Below are positions 58,844-64,000 of a stretch of 64,000 nt of DNA, piece after piece. The notes under the pieces were generated by a model. It searched no databases, was not told where the DNA came from, and saw only the letters and a list, made by a program, of their open reading frames with translations. The translations under genes and the position numbers were made by a program. How positions within the stretch are numbered: position 1 is the stretch's first letter; every line of letters begins with the position of its first letter. Source of the DNA: an uncultured Elusimicrobia bacterium (lineage in GTDB: Bacteria > Elusimicrobiota > Elusimicrobia > 2-01-FULL-59-12); the NCBI GenBank assembly GCA_963702895.1, contig OY969767.1, positions 608,001 to 672,000 of the forward strand, in the 5' to 3' direction.

Positions 58844-60041
58844 GCCCGACATCCTCTACGAGGACGCCGCGCTCCTCGTTCTTGATAAGCCCGCGGGGCT
58901 TGTCGTGCACCCGGCCCCGAGTTATAAGGGGCAAACGCTCGTGGACTGGGTGCGCGAGTATCTTGGACCGGGAGCCCCGTCCGATTTTGAGGCCATGGAC
59001 CGCCTGGGACTGGTGCACCGGCTTGACAAGGATACTTCAGGCGTGCTGGTGGTCACCAAAAGCTCGAGTGCGAAGACAGCCGTCGGCAGACAGTTTCATG
59101 ACAGACAAGTGAAAAAACAGTATGTTGCTTTTGTGCAGGGTGTTCCGCCGAAAAGAACAGGAATCATTTCTGCCCCTGTCGGAAGGTCCAAGAAGGTCCC
59201 GACGCGTATGGCGATCACCGGGACCGGCAGACCCTCAGAGACCCGTTTTGAGGTCACCGAAGCCATGAAGGAGGTTGCTCTTGTGAATCTCTATCCCAAA
59301 ACAGGACGTACCCACCAGCTGCGCGTGCATTGCGCCGCGATTGGTCATCCGATCGTGGGGGACAAGACCTACGGCGCAAGCGACAAGTGGTTGCGGGATT
59401 ATGGCGTGGCGAGGCCCCTTCTACACGCTGAAACGATTGAATTCGCGCATCCCACCACGGGCCGCACGGTTTTCTTTCAGGCACCGTGGCCCACGGACAT
59501 GAAGAAAGCGCGTTCTCTCTTTCGCCGCAGCTTTCAAGTGACCGTGTTGATGCTGATGCTTGCCTCCGCCGCGCAGGCTGCCAAGACCAAGCCGGACAGC
59601 TCGCCTGCCCCCAAGCAGAGCGCGAGCAGCGTTTCGTCGGGATCCACCGCTTCATCGGCCACTTCAGCATCGGCGATGAGGTCCCTGAAGCGAGAGATGG
59701 CGTCCTTGCGCGAGCAGTTTAAGACCTTGATCGAGGAGGTCTCTGCTCTTCAGGACCGGGTCAGCTCGGTCCAAGCCAATCTGGATGAGATGGGGGGGGC
59801 GCGTCGCCTCCGAGACCTGGAAAAGGCGATCTCGGATTTAAACGGCAAGGCCGTCGGGACCTTCACGATCTCGGAAGAAACAAAATCCCAAATGCTTGAT
59901 TTGACACGAAAGGTCAAGGCTCAGCAGGAGAGCTTCGAGCAGCTGCGCGATCAGGTCGACCGCTTGCAGCAGGAACTCATTCAATCTCGAGCCCGTGAGG
60001 AAAAAGTGTCAGATACCGTCCCAGCCGAGAGGCCTCGTTGA
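58827..60041 (+). CDS. RluA/RluD pseudouridine synthase with C-terminal hydrophobic helix and coiled coil
   Basis: DKPAGLVVHP, VHRLDKDTSG, TGRTHQLRVH, HPIVGD. Confidence 0.9.
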   Translation: MTRTLEPDILYEDAALLVLDKPAGLVVHPAPSYKGQTLVDWVREYLGPGAPSDFEAMDRLGLVHRLDKDTSGVLVVTKSSSAKTAVGRQFHDRQVKKQYVAFVQGVPPKRTGIISAPVGRSKKVPTRMAITGTGRPSETRFEVTEAMKEVALVNLYPKTGRTHQLRVHCAAIGHPIVGDKTYGASDKWLRDYGVARPLLHAETIEFAHPTTGRTVFFQAPWPTDMKKARSLFRRSFQVTVLMLMLASAAQAAKTKPDSSPAPKQSASSVSSGSTASSATSASAMRSLKREMASLREQFKTLIEEVSALQDRVSSVQANLDEMGGARRLRDLEKAISDLNGKAVGTFTISEETKSQMLDLTRKVKAQQESFEQLRDQVDRLQQELIQSRAREEKVSDTVPAERPR

Positions 60042-60043
60042 GC

Positions 60044-60649
60044 ATGAAGCCCTCCCAACGCAGGAAGCGACAAGGGCTGCTCCTGGTGGTGTCGGCAGGC
60101 TCAGGCGCCGGCAAAAGCACGCTCTGCCGGATGCTTCTCGCCAAACGGAAGAACCTTGTGTTCTCTATTTCGGTCACCACCCGTCTGCCTCGCCCCGGCG
60201 AAAAAGAGGGGCAAGACTACTTCTTCGTATCGGAAGCGGCTTTTCAAGCGATGCGAAAAAGGGGGGAGCTGATCGAATGGGCGAAAGTCCACCACCACCA
60301 CTATTACGGAACCCCGCGTTCCTATGTCGAGCGGATGCGCTCCCAGGGCAAGGACGTACTGCTCGATATCGATGTCCAGGGGGCCCTGCAAGTCAAACGC
60401 AAGTTCCCAGAGGCTGTCCTCATCTTTATCACGACGCCCAGCTTCGCGGAGCTCGAAAAGCGCCTGCGCAGCAGGTCTTCGGAGACCGAAGCCCAGATCC
60501 GGCAGCGCCTGGCGGATGCCCGCCAGGAACTGAAATACCTAGGCTTTTATAACTACAATGTAGTCAATGATCGGTTACCGCTCGCCCTGAAAAGGCTCGA
60601 AGCGATCCTCGATTCTGAAACCCTCAAGATTTCAAAGAAAACAAAGTAA
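60044..60649 (+). CDS. gmk: Guanylate kinase
   Basis: SGAGKST, TTRLPRPGE, YYGTP, LDIDVQG. Confidence 0.95.
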   Translation: MKPSQRRKRQGLLLVVSAGSGAGKSTLCRMLLAKRKNLVFSISVTTRLPRPGEKEGQDYFFVSEAAFQAMRKRGELIEWAKVHHHHYYGTPRSYVERMRSQGKDVLLDIDVQGALQVKRKFPEAVLIFITTPSFAELEKRLRSRSSETEAQIRQRLADARQELKYLGFYNYNVVNDRLPLALKRLEAILDSETLKISKKTK

Positions 60650-60660
60650 GGAGACCGTAC

Positions 60661-61050
60661 ATGACAGACTTGTTTCTGGAACCCAAAGTGTTGGATTATT
60701 CTGCGGACCGATATGAATTGATCCTGATGACACTCCGGTGGGCGCGCGCCCTGAAAGCCAAAGGAACGCCGGAGAGCATGCCCGTCTTGATCGAAAAGGC
60801 CTTGAAGGACATTGTGGACCAAAAAGTGACCTTTGAGGAAATTAAGGCCAACAAGGCCCAAGAGGAAACGCCCGTCGAAGAGATACCCGTGGTGGTGTCG
60901 GTCGCCGGCGAAGGTAAAACGGAGCTTCCTCCTGATGAAGAGGAGGGAAAAAAGAGTTCTAAAAAAGAAAAAGAAAAAGGGCTAGAAGTCTCTCTTAAAA
61001 TAATGGTCTATGATCCTTCTGGGCGTAACCGGATCCATCGCAGCTTATAA
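60661..61050 (+). CDS. rpoZ: Probable RNA polymerase omega subunit (3' end uncertain)
   Basis: DRYELI...WARAL...ALKDI; gmk-rpoZ-coaBC synteny. Confidence 0.65.
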   Translation: MTDLFLEPKVLDYSADRYELILMTLRWARALKAKGTPESMPVLIEKALKDIVDQKVTFEEIKANKAQEETPVEEIPVVVSVAGEGKTELPPDEEEGKKSSKKEKEKGLEVSLKIMVYDPSGRNRIHRSL

Positions 61051-61564
61051 GGCGGTCGAACTCCTGAGGCTCTTCCTCAAGGCGGGGCAGGATGTCCAGG
61101 TCGTGATGACCACTCCTGCGACGCGTTTTGTGGGGGCCCTCACGTTTCAGGCGCTTTCGGGCCATGCCGTCCTGACCGATGCCACGGATCCCCAGGCCTA
61201 CCAGATGTCGCACCTGGTGCTCGCTGAGAAGGCCGACGCCATGGTCATTGCGCCCGTGAGCGCCGAGACGCTGTCTCAACTTGCCCGGGGCGGCGCCCAG
61301 GACCTCGTTTGCGCCACGGTCCTTTCCGCGCCCCGCTCCTCTTCCGGGAAGCTCAAGACACCGGTCTTCTTAGCACCCGCCATGCATGAATCGATGTGGC
61401 TGCACCCTGCGACCCAGGAGAACGTCAAAACACTCAAAAGCTACGGGTATCAATTGATCGGACCTGAACAAGGCGCCTTGGGGCGTGCGGGGGATTCCGG
61501 GACAGGCCGTATGTCAGATCCTGCCGTGATCGCCTCTGTCGTTCTTAAGCGTCGTGCGCGTTAG
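61010..61564 (+). CDS. coaC: Phosphopantothenoylcysteine decarboxylase (stand-alone)
   Basis: LLGVTGSIAAYK, APAMH, GRM. Confidence 0.9.
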   Translation: MILLGVTGSIAAYKAVELLRLFLKAGQDVQVVMTTPATRFVGALTFQALSGHAVLTDATDPQAYQMSHLVLAEKADAMVIAPVSAETLSQLARGGAQDLVCATVLSAPRSSSGKLKTPVFLAPAMHESMWLHPATQENVKTLKSYGYQLIGPEQGALGRAGDSGTGRMSDPAVIASVVLKRRAR

Positions 61565-62228
61565 CCAGAAGCCCAACACCCTTCGCGACAAGAAAGTCCT
61601 GATCACAGCAGGTCCCACACGCGAATACTGGGACCCTGTCCGCTATCTGTCGAACGGCTCAAGCGGTCAAATGGGCATGGCCCTCGCCCAAGAAGCAGCC
61701 GAACTTGGCGCACGCGTCACGCTCGTCCTGGGACCCACTCCAGGACCCCTTCCTCCCCGAAGAAAGAATGTCCGGGTCGTGAGCATTGAGAGTGCCCTCG
61801 AGTTGGACAAAACAGTGCAGAAACATCTCCAAGGAGTCCATTTCTTTGTGGGTGCTGCTGCGGTATCCGATTACAGGCCGGCCGTGATCGCCAGGCAGAA
61901 AATTAAACAAAAACCGCCCTCTCTGACCCTTCAGCTTTTGCGCAATCCCGATGTCATTGCCAACGTCGCACACCGCGGGCCGAACCGGCCGCCGGTGGTG
62001 GTCGGCTTTGCGCTCGAAACGAAAGATGTCATAAGACATGCCATTCAAAAGCTGAAGCGCAAAGGGCTTGATTGGATCATCGCCAATCGCCATGCCAATC
62101 TCGGCTCCTCCGACGGCTCCGTCACCCTTCTTTCACGCTGGAACGATCGCATTACCATTGGCCGCATGAACAAGGAGCGCCTCGCGAAGCGGATCTGGAA
62201 GGCGCTGATGGAGAGGTCCGCTCCGTGA
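61554..62228 (+). CDS. coaB: Phosphopantothenate--cysteine ligase (stand-alone)
   Basis: ITAGPTRE..DPVRYLSN.SSG.MG, AAVSDY, VGFALET. Confidence 0.92.
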   Translation: MRVSQKPNTLRDKKVLITAGPTREYWDPVRYLSNGSSGQMGMALAQEAAELGARVTLVLGPTPGPLPPRRKNVRVVSIESALELDKTVQKHLQGVHFFVGAAAVSDYRPAVIARQKIKQKPPSLTLQLLRNPDVIANVAHRGPNRPPVVVGFALETKDVIRHAIQKLKRKGLDWIIANRHANLGSSDGSVTLLSRWNDRITIGRMNKERLAKRIWKALMERSAP

Positions 62229-63040
62229 GAGATCAGGGACGAGGGATGAGGGACGAGGCTCGAGAAGTCATGGAACAAGCGAAGCAGTGGCTTGAGCAGG
62301 AAAAAGTTTGGGACGACTCGCTTTACGCGACATCCAGGACTGACGCGGTGACGCGTCCCCTTGCCCGCGCGTCAAACCAGGAGCGCGCAAGCGCTTTGGC
62401 GGCGCTCTACGAGCGCTTTAAAGACTGCACCCGTTGTCCCCTCGGCACGTCGCGCATCAAGTTCGTCTTCGGGGTGGGCAGCCCCGATGCGGAGGTGCTT
62501 TTTATTGGTGAGGGACCGGGCTATGAGGAAGATCGCCGGGGTGAGCCCTTCGTAGGCAAGGCGGGGCAGCTGCTGGACCGGATGATGGCAGCGATCCATC
62601 TCTCACGCAAGGAGAATGCCTACATCGCCAATATCGTGAAGTGCCACCCCATGGCCAACCCCAAGACTCCCGATGTGCGAGGCAATGACCGGCCGCCGGA
62701 ACCGGAGGAAGTACGGGCATGCTCTCCCATCCTTCTCGCGCAAATCGCGATCCTTCAGCCGAAGGTCATCATGACGCTGGGCTCTCCTTCGACGAAGATG
62801 GTCCTGCACACCCAAGCGGCCATTACAGGACTCAGGGGAAAGCTTGTACCCTTTGATGTGGAGCATTTCTACCCACCGCTTGATCCCCACAGCGTTCAGA
62901 TCGATGAAAAAACACGGGAAGCCCTCTCCAAAACACAGGTGCTCCCCACCTTTCACCCGGCGGCGCTTCTGCGCAACCCCAACCTGAAAAAAGAATCCTG
63001 GGAAGACCTCAAGCTTCTCAAGAAACTCCTTGAGCCGTAG
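62225..63040 (+). CDS. Uracil-DNA glycosylase family 4 (start uncertain)
   Basis: CTRC, IGEGPG, PFVGKAG, NIVKC, TFHPAALLR. Confidence 0.92.
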   Translation: MRDQGRGMRDEAREVMEQAKQWLEQEKVWDDSLYATSRTDAVTRPLARASNQERASALAALYERFKDCTRCPLGTSRIKFVFGVGSPDAEVLFIGEGPGYEEDRRGEPFVGKAGQLLDRMMAAIHLSRKENAYIANIVKCHPMANPKTPDVRGNDRPPEPEEVRACSPILLAQIAILQPKVIMTLGSPSTKMVLHTQAAITGLRGKLVPFDVEHFYPPLDPHSVQIDEKTREALSKTQVLPTFHPAALLRNPNLKKESWEDLKLLKKLLEP

Positions 63041-63060
63041 ATTAACCCGGTATCTGTGCC

Positions 63061-63227
63061 GTCATCCCCCCCGGCTGTAAGGGGGGGACGCCACACAACA
63101 GGCGTCCGACCGCAGTGTGTCGGATCCATCAAGTCATTTTTGAAAATGATGGACCCCGTCCGCCACACGGCAGGGCGGACGGCCCGCCGGGCGTCTGGAG
63201 GGCCGGCTAGAGCCATGCCGGGGTGAC
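63061..63227. repeat. REP-like palindrome copy 6 with nested inserts
   Basis: GTCATCCCCCCC..GGGGGGGA[..]TCCA..TGGACCCCG[..]CCGGGGTGAC. Confidence 0.8.
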
Positions 63228-63335
63228 GTCTTAACTTTTCCAGCCAATCGGGGTGACGAACTGGGGATTTTGGTTAACCGGAAATTTTCGGTTCATTATG
63301 CCTCATCGTCTGAACTCGATGCACTTTTTTGTGCC

Positions 63336-63404
63336 GTCACCCCGGCGAAAGCCGGGGTCCAGTTCAACGACGATGGACTGGATCCCGGTTTTCACCGGGA
63401 TGAC
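63336..63404. repeat. REP-like palindrome copy 7
   Basis: GTCACCCCGGCGAAAGCCGGGGTCCA..TGGATCCCGGTTTTCACCGGGATGAC. Confidence 0.88.
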
Positions 63405-63413
63405 GACTACTGC

Positions 63414-64000
63414 AGCGTAATATGAAAGCGGGCCTCAAGAGAGTTATAAACAAGGCTGTCGGTAAAGACACCTTAATAACCCCAGGAGGCCCAAAATCAT
63501 GATATCCATCGGCATTGATCATCACAAGAAGTATTGTCAGGTTGTGGCTATGAGGGAGTCTGGCGAGATTGTATGGGAAGGTCAAGTCCCCACACGGCGA
63601 GAAGGTCTTGCACAAGTTAAAGAGGCGATTCCTCCAGGAGAACCGGTGCAAAGTGTATTGGAATCTGGACGGAGCTGGGGCATTGCCTATGACATTCTGG
63701 AAGATCTCGGGATGAATCCGGTGTTGGCCAATCCTTATAGATCACGATTGATCGCCGACTCGTTTATCAAAACAGACAAAATCGATGCAACGGCACATGC
63801 CCTGCTGCTACGTTTGGGGGTGACCCCAACAATCCACGTGCCGAGTCGAGATCGGCGGGAACAGAAAGCGCTATTGCGGCACCGACTATGGCTAGTGAAG
63901 GGACAAACGGTGATCAAGAATCGAGTTCATGATTTACTCGACCGACTTCATGTTGACGTTCCCGAACGAAGCGACTTGTTTGGAGCGCATGGCCGGGCGT
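63414..64000 (+). mobile_element. Second IS1111-type IS110 element, truncated by window end; transposase starts 63499
   Basis: Left end and 5' CDS identical to reverse complement of 38914-39234; IR at 63423-63433. Confidence 0.93.

Overview
Bacterial chromosomal window (GC-rich by eye; gene order suggests Elusimicrobiota or a similar lineage, inference only). 1-16.4 kb is core genome: secY-adk-map-infA-rpmJ-rpsM-rpsK-rpsD-rpoA-rplQ, mreBCD-mrdA-rodA, RNase G/E, rplU-rpmA-obg-proB. 16.4-42.2 kb is an accessory island with no integrase or tRNA. It holds a YhcG nuclease, four toxin-antitoxin pairs, ORF6N genes, a type I RM system, a ParB-like gene, a DUF3800 pseudogene with a convergent structured RNA, IS3 and an IS1111-type IS110 element. 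42.2-64 kb is core again: feoAB, groESL with CIRCE, yggS-proC-yggU-mtnA-ileS-lspA-lgt-rluD-gmk-rpoZ-coaC-coaB-udg, then a second, truncated IS110. The most notable signals are: (i) six copies of a fixed-spacing motif CCGTCT-N6-TGAATA-N15-YATCTA, most preceded by 8-bp tandem-repeat arrays, each heading an apparently exchangeable TA/nuclease/ORF6N cassette; (ii) a second ~112-bp hairpin repeat heading other cassettes; (iii) several genes collapsed to N-terminus+C-terminus minigenes; (iv) intergenic palindromic and heptamer repeat families inserted in frame at two places in the essential ileS gene. No rRNA, tRNA or CRISPR array was seen. All assignments are by eye; no database searches were run.
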